Assembly: GCF_044704955.1 (NCBI RefSeq)
Contig: NC_091992.1
Location: 53,196,001-53,260,000 of the forward strand
Source: Pristiophorus japonicus
Lineage: Eukaryota
DNA length: 64,000 bases
Direction: 5' to 3'
Part shown: one piece after another, positions 12,642-25,337 of the stretch
Layout: each line of letters begins with the position of its first letter
Position numbering within the stretch: position 1 is the first letter of the stretch
The notes under the pieces: model-generated
Databases searched by the model: none
Seen by the model: only the letters and a program-made list of their open reading frames with translations
What the model was told of the DNA's origin: nothing
Translations under genes and position numbers: made by a program

Positions 12642-14433
12642 TCTGAGTGAAGAAATTTCTCTTCATTTCAGTCCTAAATGGCCGGCCGACTCCTGGTTCT
12701 AGATTCCCCAGCCAGGGGAAACAATCTCCCTGCATCTACCCTGTCAAGCCCTGTAAGAATTTTGTATGTTTCAATGAGATCACCTCTCATTCTTCTAAAT
12801 TCTAGAGAATATAGGCCTAGTCTACTCAATCTCTCCTCATAGGACAATCCCCCCCCCGCCCCCATCCCAGGAATCAGTCTGGTGAACCTTCGTTTCACTC
12901 CCTCCATGGCAAATATATTCTTCCTTGAGTAAGGAGACTAAAACTGTACACAATTCTCCAGGTGTGGTCTCACCAGGGGCCTATATAATTGTAGTAAAAA
13001 GAAAGACTTGGACTTCTGTAGCATCTTTCACGACCACCCGACATCTCAAAGTGCTTTCCAGCCAATGAAGTACTTTTGGAGTGTAGTCACTATTGTAATG
13101 TGGGAAACGCGGCACAAGCAAGCTCCCACAAACAGCAATGTGATAATGACCAGATAATCGTTTTTTTTTGTTACTTTGATTGAGGAATAAATATTGGCCA
13201 GGACACTGGGGATAACTCCCATGCTCTTCTTTGAAATAGTGCTATGGGATCGTTTACGTCCACTTGAGAGAGCAGACAGGGCCTCGATTTAACTCATCCG
13301 AAAGACGGCACGTCTGATAGTACAGCATCTTTACTCTTATACTCAAATTCTCTTGTAATAAAGGCCAACATACCATTTGCTTTCTTAATTGCTTGCTGTA
13401 CCTGATGTTAACTTTCAGTGATTTGTGTACAAGGACACCAAGATCCCTCTGACCCAACATTTCCCAATATCTCACTGTTTAAAACATACTCTGCTTTTCT
13501 ATTTTTCCTACTAAAGTGGATAATTTCACATTTCGCCACATTATATTCCATTTGTCATGTTCTTGCCCACTCATTTAGCCTGTCTATATCTTCTTAAAGC
13601 CTCTTTGCATCCTCCTCACAACTTACATTCCCACCTAGCTTTGTATCATCAGCAAACTTGGATATATTACATTTGGTCCCCTCATCCAAATCATTGATGA
13701 AGATTATAAATAGCTGAGGCCCAAGCACTGATCCTTGCAGTACTCCACTTGTTAAAGCCTGCCAACCCGAAAATGATCTATTTATTCCTACTCTCTGTTT
13801 TCTGTCCGTTAACCAATCAATCCTCGATCCATGCTAATATATTACCCCTAATCCCATGAGCCCTAATTATGTTCAATAACCTCTTGTGTGGCACCTTATT
13901 GAATACCTTCTGAAAATCCAAATATACCACATCCACTGGTTTCCCCCTTATCTATTCTACTAGTTACAACCTCAAAAACTGATTTGTCAAACATGATTTC
14001 CCTTTCATAAATCCGTATTGACTCTGCCCAATCCTATTATTATTTTCTAAGTATCCTGTTACCATAACCTTAATAATAGACTCTATCATTTTCCCGACTG
14101 CTGATATCAAGCTACCTGATCTTTAGTTCCCCTTTTTTCTCTCTCCCTCCTTTCTTAAATAGTGGGGTTACATTTACTACCTTCCAATCCATGGGAACCA
14201 TTCTAGAATCTATGGAATTTTGGAAGATGACAAGCAATGCATCCACTATCTCTATAGCCACCTCTTTCAAGATCCTAGGATGGAGGCCATCAGGTCCAGG
14301 GGATTTATCGGCTTTCAGCCCCATTAATTTCTCCAGTACTATTCTTTTACTAATACTAATTTCTTTCAGTTCCTCATTCCCGCTAAACCCTTGGTTCTCC
14401 ACTATCTCTGGCAAGTTTTTCACGTCTTCTTCC
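12642..14433 (-). mobile_element. CR1 LINE RT fragment, interrupted by a SINE at ~12996-13320
   Basis: Minus ORFs 14112-14450 (KSPGPDGLHPRILKE), 13254-13475 (QRDLGVLVH) and 12674-12907 (RLGLYSLEFRRMRGDLIETYKI). Confidence 0.9.
12996..13320 (-). mobile_element. Deu-domain (SacSINE1/AmnSINE1-like) SINE fragment
   Basis: Reverse complement of the 34405 copy, including GCCGTCTTTCGGATGAG..AAATCGAGG and the AAGTCTTTCTTT tail. Confidence 0.7.
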
Positions 14434-17400
14434 TTGAAAAGCAGATACACCGCTTTGAGTACTGTTGACGGGGATGACTCATCAGGGAGGAGCAGCAGCA
14501 GCCGCCAAGTTCATGGCACCGTGGCTGACTCTGCTGCACAGGAGGGCAGGAAAAAGAGTGGGAGAACGATAGTGATAGGGGATTCAATTGTAAGGGGAAT
14601 AGCCGCAACCGAGACTCCAGGATGGTATGTTGCCTCCCTGGTGCAAGGGTCAAGGATGTCTCGCAGCGGGTGCAGGACATTCTGTAAAGGGAGGGTGAAC
14701 AGCCAGTTGTCCTGGTGCACATTGGTACCAACGATATAGGTAAAAAACGGGATGAGGTCCTACGAGACGAATTTAAGGAGCTAAGAGCTAAATTAAAAAG
14801 TAAGACCTCAAAAGTAATAATCTCGGGATTGCTACCAGTGCCACGTGCTAGTCAGAGTAGGAATCGCAGGATAGCTCGGATGAATACGTGTCTTGAGCAG
14901 TGGTGCAGCAGGGAGGGATTCAAATTACTGGGGCATTGGAACCGGTTCTGGGGGAGGAGGGACCAGTACAAACTGGACGGTCTACACCTAGGCAGGACTG
15001 GAACCAATGTCCTGGAGGAGTGTTTGCTAGTGCTGTTGGGGAGGAGTTAAACTAATATGGCAGGGGGATGGGAACCAATGCAGGGAGACAGATGGGAACA
15101 AAATGGAGACAGAAGCAAAAGACAGAAAGGAAATGAATAAAAGTGGAGGACAGAGAAACCCAAGGCAAAAAACAAAAAGGGCCACTTGCAGCAACATTCT
15201 AAAGGGTCAAAGTGTATTAAAAAGGCAAGACTGAAGGCACTGTGCCTGAATGCGAGGGGTATTCGGAATAAGGTGGACAAATTAACTGTGCAGATAGCAG
15301 TTAATGGATACGATGTGGTTGGCATCACGGAGATATGGCTGAAGGGTGGCCAAGGCTGTGAACTCAACATCCAAGGGTATTCAACATTTACGAAGGATAG
15401 ACAGAAAGGAAAAGGAGGCGGGGTGGCGTTGCTGGTGAAAGAGGAAATTAATGCAATTGTAAGGAAAGACTTTAGCTTGGATGATGTGGAATCAGTATGG
15501 GTGGAGCTACGGAATAACAAGGGGCAGAAAACGCTAGTGGGAGTTGTGTACAGACCTCCAAACAGTAGTAGTGATGTTGGGGAGGGCATCAAACAGGAAA
15601 TTAGGGGTGCATGCAATAAAGGTGCAGCAGTTATGGGTGACTTTAATATGCATATAGATTGGGCTAACCAAACTGGAAGCAATACGGTGGAGGAGGATTT
15701 CCTGGAGTACATAAGGGATGGTTTTCGAGACCAATATGTCGAGAAACCAACTAGGGGGGAGGCCATCTTAGACTGGGTGTTGTGTAATGAGAGAGGATTA
15801 TTTAACAATCTTGTTGTGCGAGGCCCCTTATGGAAGAGTGACCATAATATGGTGGAATTCTACATTAGGATGGAGAATGAAACAGTTAATTCAGAGACCA
15901 TGGTCCAGAACTTAAAGAAGGGTAACTTTGAAGGTATGAGGCGTGAATTGGCTGGGATAGATTGGCGAATGATACTTAAGGGGTTGACAGTGGATGGGCA
16001 ATGGCAGACATTTAGAGACCGCATGGATGAATTACAACAATTGTACATCCCTGTCTGGTGTAAAAATAAAAAAGGGAAGGCTATCAAGGGGAATCAGGGA
16101 TAGTATTAAAGCCAAGGAAATGGCATACAAATTGGCCAGAAATAGCAGCGAACCCGGGGACTGGGAGAAATTTAGAACTCCGCAGAGGAGGACAAAGGGT
16201 TTGATTAGGGCAGGGAAAATAGAATACGAGAGGAAGCTTGCAGGGAACATTAAAATGGACTGCAAAAGCTTCTATAGATATGTAAAGAGAAAAAGGTTAG
16301 TAAAGACAAACGTAGGTCCCCTGCAGTCAGAATCAGGGGAAGTCATAACTGGGAACAAAGAAATGGCAGACCAATTGAACAAGCACTTTGGTTTGGTATT
16401 CACTAAGGAGGACACAAACAACCTTCCGGATATAAAAGGGGTCAGAGGGTCTAGTAAGAAGGAGGAACTGAGGGAAGTCCTTATTAGTCGGGTAATTGTG
16501 TTGGGGAAATTGATAGGATTGAAGGCCGATAAATCCCCAGGGCCTGATGGTCTGCATCCCAGAGTACTTAAGGAGGTGGCCTTGGAAATAGCGGATGCAT
16601 TGACAGTCATTTTCCAACATTCCATTGACTCTGGATCAGTTCCTATCGAGTGGAGGGTAGCCAATGTAACCCCACTTTTTAAAAAAGGAGGGAGAGAGAA
16701 AACAGGGAATTATAGACCAGTCAGCCTGACCTCAGTAGTGGGTAAAATGATGGAATCAATTATTAAGGATGTCATAGCAGCGCATTTGGAAAGAGGTGAC
16801 ATGATAGGTCCAAGTCAGCATGGATTTGTGAAAGGGAAATCATGCTTGACAAATCTTCTGGAATTTTTTGAGGATGTTTCCAGTAGAGTGGACAAGGGAG
16901 AACCAGTTGATGTGGTGTACTTGGACTTTCAGAAGGCTTTCGACAAGGTCCCACACAAGAGATTAGTGTGCAAAGTTAAAGCACATGGGATTGGGGGTAG
17001 TGTGCTGACGTGGATTGAGAACTGGTTGGCAGACAGAAAGCAAAGAGTAGGAGTAAATGGGTACTTTTCAGAATGGCAGACTAGTGGGGTACCGCAAGGT
17101 TCTGTGCTGGGGCCCCAGCTGTTTACATTGTACATTAATGATTTAGACGAGGGGATTAAATGTAGTATCTCCAAATTTGCGGATGACATTAAGTTGGGTG
17201 GCAGTGTGAGCTGCGAGGAGGATGCTATGAGGCTGCAGAGTGACTTGGATAGGTTAGGTCTGTGGACAAATGCATGGCAGATGAAGTACAATGTGGATAA
17301 ATGTGAGGTTATCCACTTTGGTGGTAAAAACAGAGAGACAGACTATTATCTGAATGGTGACAGATTAGGAAAAGGGGAGGTGCAAAGAGACCTGGGTGTC

Positions 17401-18097
17401 ATGGTACATCAGTCATTGAAGGTTGGCATGCAGGTACAGCAGGCGGTTAAGAAAGCAAATGGCATGTTGATCTTCATAGCGAGGGGATTTGCGTACAGGG
17501 GCAGGGAGGTATTACTACAGTTGTACAAGGCCTTGGTGAGGCCACACCTGGAGTATTGTGTACAGTTTTGGTCTCCTAACTTGAGGAAGGACTATTGAGG
17601 GAGTGCAGCGAAGGTTCACCAGACTGATTCCTGGGATGGCGGGACTGACATATCAAGAAAGACTGGATCAACTTGGCTTGTATTCACTGGAGTTCAGAAG
17701 AATGAGAGGGGACCTCGTAGAAACGTTTAAAATTCTGACGGGGTTAGACAGGTTAGATGCAGGAAGAATGTTCCCAATGTTGGGAAAGTCCAGAACCAGG
17801 GGTCACAGCCTAAGGATAATGGGTAAGCCATTTAGGACCGAGATGAGGAGAAACTTCTTCACCCAGAGAGTGGTGAACCTGTGGAATTCTCTACCACAGA
17901 AAGTTGTTGAGGCCAATTCACTAAATATATTCAAAAAGGAGTTAGGTGTCGTCCTTACTACTAGGGGGATCAAGGGGTATGGCAAGAAAGCAGGAATGAG
18001 GTACTGAAGTTGCATGTTCAGCCATGAACTCATTGAATGGCGGTGCAGGCTCGAAGGGCTGAATGGCCTACTCCTGCACCTATTTTCTATGTTTCTA
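14434..18097 (+). mobile_element. CR1 LINE retaining the ORF1 C-terminal SGNH esterase and ORF2 APE endonuclease plus RT, with frameshifts
   Basis: ORF1 motifs IGDSIVRG, HIGTND and DGLHL (14570-15050). APE motifs CLNARGI, GITE, GGGVAL, VYRPPN, GDFN and SDH (15186-16103). RT ORF 15994-17598 (KFADD) and C-terminus 17603-18007. The 3' tail TTTTCTATGTTTCTA ends at 18097. Confidence 0.96.
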
Positions 18098-18110
18098 AGA
18101 CAGGCACAAA

Positions 18111-18290
18111 GGGGCAGAAATTGCCCTCCGCCCAAAACGGGGCGCATCTCCCGATTTTTAAGTGTTCCGTCTGACCCAATGCGTGCGACGGACAATGCGC
18201 CGATTTTCAGCACTTTGTTTCTTGTTTCTGGTCGGAGTCGTGCTGGTGTCGGGAGAGTGGGGAGTCTGAACGGCCGTCGCTCCGTCACCT
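18111..18290. mobile_element. MITE terminal fragment (GGGGCAGAAATTG start)
   Basis: GC-rich block that begins with the GGGGC.GAAATTG terminus also seen at 48978. No second terminus found. Confidence 0.45.
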
Positions 18291-18349
18291 TCTCAGGACA
18301 ACTGGGGATGGGCAATAAATGTGGCAATGCCCACATCCCATAAACAAAT

Positions 18350-18712
18350 AAAGAAAGAACTGGCAGTTGTATAACGATATTCGCATTCTCAAAGACATCT
18401 CAAAATGCTTCACAACCAATGAAGTATTTTTGAAGTGTAGTCACCGCTGTAATGTCGGCTAATGCAGCAGCCAATTTACGCAGCATGGTCCCAGTGAGAT
18501 AAATAACCAATAATCTGTTTTTTGTTTAGTGGTGTTGATTGAGTGATGTATTGTTCAACCAAGATACCAGAAGAACTACCCTGCTTTTCTCCAAGTAGTC
18601 CCTCATACTGCACTGTTAGCCTAGATTATATGCTCAAATCTCTGGGGTGAGGCTTGAACTCACGACCATCTGATTTAAAGGTCAGATTGCTGCCTCTGAG
18701 TTAAGGCTGACA
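18350..18712 (-). mobile_element. Deu-domain SINE, decayed
   Basis: Shares CCAATGAAGTA..TTTGAAGTGTAGTCAC and AGCCTAGATTAT..GCTCAA..GGCTTGAAC with the 12996 and 58570 copies. Confidence 0.65.
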
Positions 18713-18984
18713 CTGTAAAAGTGTCTCTGCCTTGTCTAAAATCTCCTGGAGAATTTTCTTATAAGCATGGGAATGAAGCATTGGAAATGTTCTTTCAAAA
18801 ATAGGCTGTAACAGAAAAAGTCAGGCAAAATCATTTGTTCTTAAAAATAAATTAGCAATATCTTATGGGTGATTTCTAAAATGTTTGCATGTATTGAGGT
18901 GCTTGCCAATCCTCCCTTTGTTTTAAATTCCTAAAATGTAGTTGTGAGGAGATGTTCTAGGATTAAGGGATACATATATCACGT

Positions 18985-19135
18985 GGGTAATTTTAACCTT
19001 ACCCATCCGACCTGAAACTGTTTGGATTGGCCGCCCATTTTACACTCCGCTTGGTTTTACTTTCCATTGATCGAAAGTAAAATCGGGTAGTGTGTAAAAT
19101 AAGTGGCCGATCTGATCCCGGCTGTTCCCTGCACT
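18985..19135. mobile_element. Short palindromic (hairpin) MITE relic
   Basis: Nested inverted arms GGCC..TTTTACAC..TTTTACTTTC / GAAAGTAAAA..GTGTAAAA..GGCC around a CATTGATC centre at about 19066-19073. Confidence 0.6.
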
Positions 19136-19573
19136 GTGATGATACGTGATAAGAAGGGCCAGTGATATAGAAAGATTTTTTTTTACCTTCTGATACTGGG
19201 TGTGCACATAATAGAATCTGTATATAGAATTTTATACTTTTTGTTGTACAATATTGTCTATTGCATGGTGGTGACATCCGCGTTATGGTAAATAGCCTTT
19301 TAAGCTATGACCTTACTTAGCCATTGTAATCATATGGTCTCAGTGTAGGAGCACTGTTCTTTGCTTTGGCTTTCATTGTCTAGTCCCATTACCTCCCTTT
19401 ACCTGTTTTGGTAATATTTCAAACAGAGCCACAGTACAAATAATAAACTTTTAGATATGAAAGGTTAAAGAGTAAATGTGTAGTGTAATCCGGACAAACA
19501 ACTACAATAGTTCCTGCAGGAGGGTCTACCTGACACTATTGCAGTAGTTAAACAGAGTGGATTCTTTCCGCAG

Positions 19574-19683
19574 ATGAAAGCTATCTCCTATGCGGAGATG
19601 AGAAGGGAGACATTTGGATGTATGACCTGGATGAGTTCACCAATGAAAACGTGACTTCTGGCAAGAAGACTTCACCAACACAG
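19574..19683 (+). CDS. LRWD1: LRWD1 coding exon: ESYLLCGDEKGDIWMYDLDEFTNENVTSGKKTSPTQ
   Basis: Acceptor ttctttccgcAG and donor CAG|GTGCCT; 110 nt. Resembles human VLCGDEEGNVWLYD...APTQ. Confidence 0.93.
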
Positions 19684-20020
19684 GTGCCTCATACTGCAGC
19701 AAAATTAATGACAAAATAAACTTCTTTATAATGAGTCGAATAATTAACTGATTCTAGTTATTGTTTTTAAATGGTTTGTCAATTCATCTATATCTGCATA
19801 TGCTATGGTATTCTCTTTAAATAGAATCTTAAGATAGTAAAAGTTTCTATGAACGTAAAATGAAATGTTATTTCATCCTCTTGTTCTCCATATATCTCTA
19901 AAGATTTAAAGCCAGAATGTCTAATACAGATGTTTTCAAGAGTAGTGCCTCTTCAAAATCAAAGTGCTTAATTCTGTCAGATGACTGTCACTTTTCCCAT
20001 GGCCTACAAATTGCCGAAAT

Positions 20021-20768
20021 GGCCTGAAATTTGTGGTCAGCGGCGAAGCGACGATGCTCACCACTGACCTCAAAGAAAGCTGCTTACAAAGATCTAGCGA
20101 TCTCTGGCGTGAATTTCACCTTTCCCGACGTTAGTTTGAATCTGCCGCCAAATCAAGCGAATCTCCAGTGCCCAGCAACAGTGATGTTATCAAGCAAGCT
20201 AAGCAGCCAATCACATTGAATAATTCTCACAGACAGCAAACCAGGAAGTAAAATGCGCAGATTATAATTTACTTTTTATAAATTTTATGAGAGAGCAAAA
20301 TAAAGATTGGGACATACATATAGGATTATGGTAGAAGCTGAAATATCATAAACTTTAATTTTTTTTATTACATTAAAAACCATGTAATTCTTAAACTAAT
20401 CACAAAATTTGGCATTCCGCAAATATAAAGTTTGTTTTTCAGGGCCAGAACGGTTGTTCAGCTGTCAATATGCTGTTAAAAACCCAGTTACACCTCTTTC
20501 AACAAGGCTTAACTTTTTCAGAGGTTTTCAACAGTGATATTCCAGTGAACTACGGGAAGTTTTTGTCGGGAACTACATTTCAGTGTGATTTGAATTCATT
20601 GTGGGCTCCAGGAAGTTCCACAGTGCAACCTGTGGAGAAGTGTAGACACTGACAGTAACTTCTGGATTTCCACATTTATCTGCGCATGTGCTAACTCCAG
20701 AAGTTGCTGTCACTTTCAGAAGAGTAATGACGGCATTTCGCCGTCTTTACCACCACAAAATCCAGGCT
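20021..20768. mobile_element. Harbinger-type MITE with imperfect 17-bp TIRs
   Basis: Left end GGCCTGAAATTTGTGGT; right-end reverse complement AGCCTGGATTTTGTGGT. Flanks are AAT and ATT, a possible mutated 3-bp TSD. Confidence 0.7.
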
Positions 20769-21746
20769 ATTGTCTTTTCTTTGCTCTATTTTCTTTCTTC
20801 AGTAGTTGCCAGTGGTTACATTCTCACTTGTTCCCAGTGGTGTGGAAAAGACCGAGCGATGCATCACATCTGTCTTCAGCTTGTGGATGATAATTAGTCC
20901 TTGTGTTCTGTTTATTTCTAGCAAGAATATAAAAATTCTAAGTATGGTTTAATGATTCAAGGATTATATTCGTATGAAATTCTGGCCAAGTTTTATCACT
21001 TTAAGTTGTTATTTTTGTTATTTGTTATCTCAGATTTATTTCTGTATATTTTTTCCCAACAAGGAGGCAATCTGTTGTCAAACCACATTAAACAGCTTAG
21101 GCACACAAGAGTGGCTTAAGTCTGACTCAGCATCTGGTCTACTCCCCCTCTGATGACCTAGCTGAGATTGTGAAACTCCACATGGAGAAATGCAGTAGTG
21201 CACACTGTGTGCTTAACATTCTGTGGTGCACACACTGAACTCACATGGCTCTCCCTAATTAGAATGTGGCTTCAGCTTTTTTTTAATGCTGAAACATGTC
21301 ATTTTTTTTCCTTTCCCATGGGGAAAAAATTGCATTTTTAATGTGATGAATTTTGAAAATGCAGTACTTGATTTTTAGTAGCAGAGCTCAAGGGGCAGTA
21401 TCACAACTTTGATATACTTCCACCACTGCTCATTCTGGTTTTCAGCTGATTGTAAAGGGGAAGGAAGGGAAATGCTGAATTCACAAAAACTATATTTCCA
21501 GTTGATTATCTTCACTGTGTGAATGTTTCAGGACAAATCACATTAGGAACTTGACCCTGTAGGTCAGCCCTAATCCAAGAGTAGGTGAGGTAGGAAGGGA
21601 GGGTAAAGCATTTGTGGGACACTACAGCTTCAGTGACAAGCATTGAATGATTATATACCTGCATTGTATCTGAGAACTTGGCATCTGTACTCATTAAATA
21701 TTGGCTTCATTTGCTCACCTGACTCACATTCTTGTACATTTTGCAG

Positions 21747-21887
21747 ATTCTCAAGTGGCCAGCCATAAAAACACAAGGGGAAATAATTGAAGGAACTTTG
21801 ATAAATAATGTAACTACAGACCCCGAATTTAAATATCTTGTAGCAGCAACAGACAAAAACATCCTTGTTATTTGGAAAAGAACATAA
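21747..21887 (+). CDS. LRWD1: LRWD1 last coding exon: ILKWPAIKTQGEIIEGTLINNVTTDPEFKYLVAATDKNILVIWKRT*
   Basis: Acceptor cattttgcAG, 46 codons, then TAA at 21885-21887. Resembles the human C-terminus ILKWPQP...FTYLTALTDSNIVAIWGRM. Confidence 0.94.
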   Translation: MLKWPAIKTQGEIIEGTLINNVTTDPEFKYLVAATDKNILVIWKRT

Positions 21888-22164
21888 AGTTTTCGGCAAG
21901 GGAGCAGAACAACAAGACATCCAGAGTTCAAATTTAAAGCCATCTTAACTTCAAGTGCAACTAAATGATGCTATATAGCATTCTAGTATTGTATTCAAAA
22001 TAGTCTTTCATTTTATCTGAGAATCTGGAATCCCTTCTGCATGGGAAATGTGCCTTTTGAAGAAGTGGGAAAAGGTAAACGCGTCATTGAGCCAATGTAA
22101 TATATACAGGTACTAGCAGATCACTTGTGGTGCTGCTCATGGTAAGTTGGAGGATGTGCTGTGT

Positions 22165-22170
22165 AATAAA
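22165..22170 (+). terminator. Candidate LRWD1 proximal polyadenylation signal AATAAA
   Basis: First AATAAA after the stop codon, about 280 nt downstream, with GT/T-rich sequence following. Confidence 0.4.
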
Positions 22171-23373
22171 TAGAGGAGAGGTTATAGCATATAATGCACA
22201 ATGCATTTTATTTCTAAAGTGTAGCTATGTGTGACTTGTAGTGTTTCTTTAAGAATATAAGATGTAATTGCTCTTCCTTCCTGTGGTCATTTATAGGCTC
22301 ATTGCTTTTAAGATCTTCGGTTCAATCTGATTTTTATTTTTTTATATACTCCTCTCCCCCCTCCCGCAATGTGAGTTTTAAAATCAATTAGAAGCTACTC
22401 TCTCTTGCTGGAAAAGTTTATCTATACATTAGAAATTATTGGCCTTCTTTGTCTCTTTCTAATATACTTTAAAAAAAAATATTATATACAAATTTGTATG
22501 CATGGCACGAAGTACGATGGATACAGCTCAGAATTTATATCAAAGTAAACAGCATCATGTTGAGAAATATTTAAAAATACCTTATAATGTCTAGCACACA
22601 TTTCCTGTCCATTACACTTCTGGTTTCATATCTGTCACCGTTAAATTTCTGTAACACGCTTCAAAAAAAACCAGAGGCAGTCATTTGACACACGAGCCAG
22701 AATGTGTCTATCCTCAGAGTAACCTTACCAAACACTTTTAAAAGAAAGGAAAAGCCAGAGTTGTGATCAGAGTTGAAGAGCCGTTAAACTTTGACTTAAT
22801 TTCAACAGTAATTAAACCTTGTGTCCTTAGAGGGACACAGACCTTAACCTTAACAGGGACTTTAAAGGGAGACTAATACATGGTATAATATGGTCATTAT
22901 ATACATTAAGTCTTGTGACTAGGGAAAGTCTATCATACACCATACACTTTGCTACAGATGAAAAATATGTTTTTTTTAAGGTGAAAACTAATCATTGACC
23001 TGGAACTTAAAATTACAAGCACTTCCACACTGTAAATTTCCTTCATTAAACAACAATTAAACGCTCATTCATCTGAGGCTATGTTTACTTAACAGAAATT
23101 AAAGAGACAGAGTGCTGGCTTAGCTTCAGAATAATACTATTTGCATTACATTGTTTAACACTCCTGTTCTAAAATATCATCTGACTACCGTGAGCAATGT
23201 CATAGAAAATGTACTAGTAAATTACAAAAAAGTTGCGTGTGAAAAATGTGAAAGAATATTGATATTGGGCCTCTAGTATTGATTTTAACTTTGTGGCTTA
23301 GTGTTTTCTAGTTATCGTTTTACTCACTGGAAACAAAGCAATCATTATTAGAATCATAATACGTTGGGTGGGT

Positions 23374-24059
23374 GGGGGGGAAATTCACTATTGCCCCATT
23401 TGGGGCACTAATTTTTAAAAGTTTGAAAAGTTAGCACTAGGCGCTAACGATTTCAAACTTTAAAAAAATTAGCCGTTTTCAAGTGCTCCACTTCCTGTTT
23501 GGAGCACAATTGGCAGTAAGTGGAGCGGAGACTTCAGCAGCGCTGCACACTGGGCCATGCAGCGCTGCCGCGTTTAAAGGCTCCTTCCTTCCCTTAAAGG
23601 GAGGGGCCATCGCTGCAAGCTCTGCAATATAAAAGGTACCTACCTGGACCACCAAGGCAGCAACAATCCCGCACAATCAGCCTAATTGAACGATCACTAG
23701 CAGAAACCCGCAAAAAAAAACGGCAACAAGAAAGCTACGTTTTTTTTTACTTACCTTGGCCATCTTTCCTTTAATCATCGCGCCCAAAGTGACCGGCCAC
23801 CCGATGCATACCTCCTACAGCAGTCGATGCTTTCGGCCGGTGCTGCTGCAAGGGATGGAAGTCACTTTCGAGTCCGGGGCACTACCGAGGTGATGCGCAC
23901 GGCAAAGACGGTCACAGGAAATCGGGGCATAACACCATAGCACCACCGCAAGCTCCCCGCCAAATAAGGTGGGAGTCGATATCGGCGCCGTGCCCGGTCG
24001 CAACGCCATTTGTGCCCAAGGCGCCAATGGGAGGTGCAAAGGCACCCAATTTCTCCCCC
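23374..24059. mobile_element. GC-rich Harbinger-type MITE
   Basis: Termini GGGGGGGAAATT and AATTTCTCCCCC. It is a GC-rich island in AT-rich flanks and shares GCTCCACTTCCTG and CCCTTAAAGGGAGGG motifs with the 48978 and 63107 elements. Confidence 0.7.
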
Positions 24060-24831
24060 GTTTTCTTTTATCTAATAATTGAATTTTAATCATGAATATG
24101 TGCCAGTTACTTTTTCTTTATTTTACTATTGCCTGTGAAATGTTTTTCTTTTCCAAATTATTGCAAATTATGCTATGTGTAGTCTTGATTTTATATTGAC
24201 TGAAAAGGAATGTGTAAAATTAATTAAACCATCTACTGTCTATTGCATTGGCTTTCGTGTTTGTCTTTTTTAACTTTTATTTCTTTTAGAAATTTTTACT
24301 TAACGCAAAGTAGACTGGAACAGCTGGTATTGTTTGGTCATAGAAAGAAAGTAAAGGTCTTTCAGTAACGGAAGCGATTGTGAAGAGCTGCAGAACCAGA
24401 ACTAAATGATGCTACTGCTTCACTGCCTTATTTCATATCTATTTGAAAATAAATCCTGGTTTACCGTCTTCACTGCTGTCAGCTGGTCATATACAACTGA
24501 ATCCTGATAAATGCATATAGAATTTGCCATTTAATGTTTTATGCTTGAGGATTTTGATGATTTTGCCATTAATTCAAAAATGTAATTTGATCCAAAACAG
24601 AAACTACAAATGGAAATCTAGCAAATTTTAGCAAACTATCTTAAAATATCTTAGTGACCAATGATGCATCTTTCCTCCTTTCCCCGAATCACCCCATATA
24701 TTATGCTGGAATTTGACTCTGTACCCACAGACCAATATTGCATCTTCTATTAGTTTGCAAAGTCAAATGTAATCCAAAAAGGTATGGTTTCTTTCCTTGT
24801 CTACTTAGTAGGTAGATTTGAATGAGATACT

Positions 24832-25337
24832 GGGCTGGATTTTCAGCTTTGCTCATTTCGGGGCGGTAGGCCGGCTGAGCAAGCGAAAATCCTGAATTCA
24901 GCAGCCGGTCTCAGAGCGCTCTGAGAGAGGCCTGGGGAGAAAAAAAAACCTGAAACAAAACCCACCAAAAACATTCCCAATAAGTACCGCACGCCACCAC
25001 AACATGAATCGCAAAAAAAAACAATCACACTTACCTGAGGTCGACATTACTTACCTCACTGCAGCCGCTACAGCTCGCACCGCCCGCTTGCACAGGCAAC
25101 CCCAGCACGGCGCTCTACAGATCGGGCGGGAGCCAAAAATTGAGCCGGTGTCGCAAGCAGGGGCATTGTACACCAGCTTGCCTCTCCGGGCGGTAATGTT
25201 CCGCGCCGCGCCGAAACCAGCCCCGAAAACCCCAGCGAGGCGCTGGCAGCTTGCCGCCTGCCTGGAAGAGCTCACCGCTGCCATTGCCGCCCCTCTGGGG
25301 CAAAAACCGAGGCAGCAGCAAGCAGAAAATCCAGCCC
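24832..25337. mobile_element. Intact PIF/Harbinger-type MITE, 506 bp
   Basis: Perfect 13-bp TIR GGGCTGGATTTTC / GAAAATCCAGCCC, with 3-bp TSD ACT at 24829-24831 and 25338-25340. Confidence 0.9.

Noticed and set aside
15047-17291. Long antisense ORFs over CR1 (e.g. 15047-15808, also 39578-40186)
   Set aside because: Shadow frames of LINE ORF2 that recur in every copy, with no independent coding evidence.
12642-18097. Twin-priming 5' inversion of a single CR1
   Set aside because: Both arms cover the same RT region and differ substantially in sequence, which indicates independent insertions.
21150-21187. Hammerhead ribozyme (CTGATGA...GAAAC)
   Set aside because: No helix II pairing and no UH cleavage triplet after the putative helix III.
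22075-22109. Small intron in the LRWD1 3' UTR (AAG|GTAAAC ... TACAG|)
   Set aside because: Only 35 nt, below the usual vertebrate minimum intron size, and lacking a pyrimidine tract.
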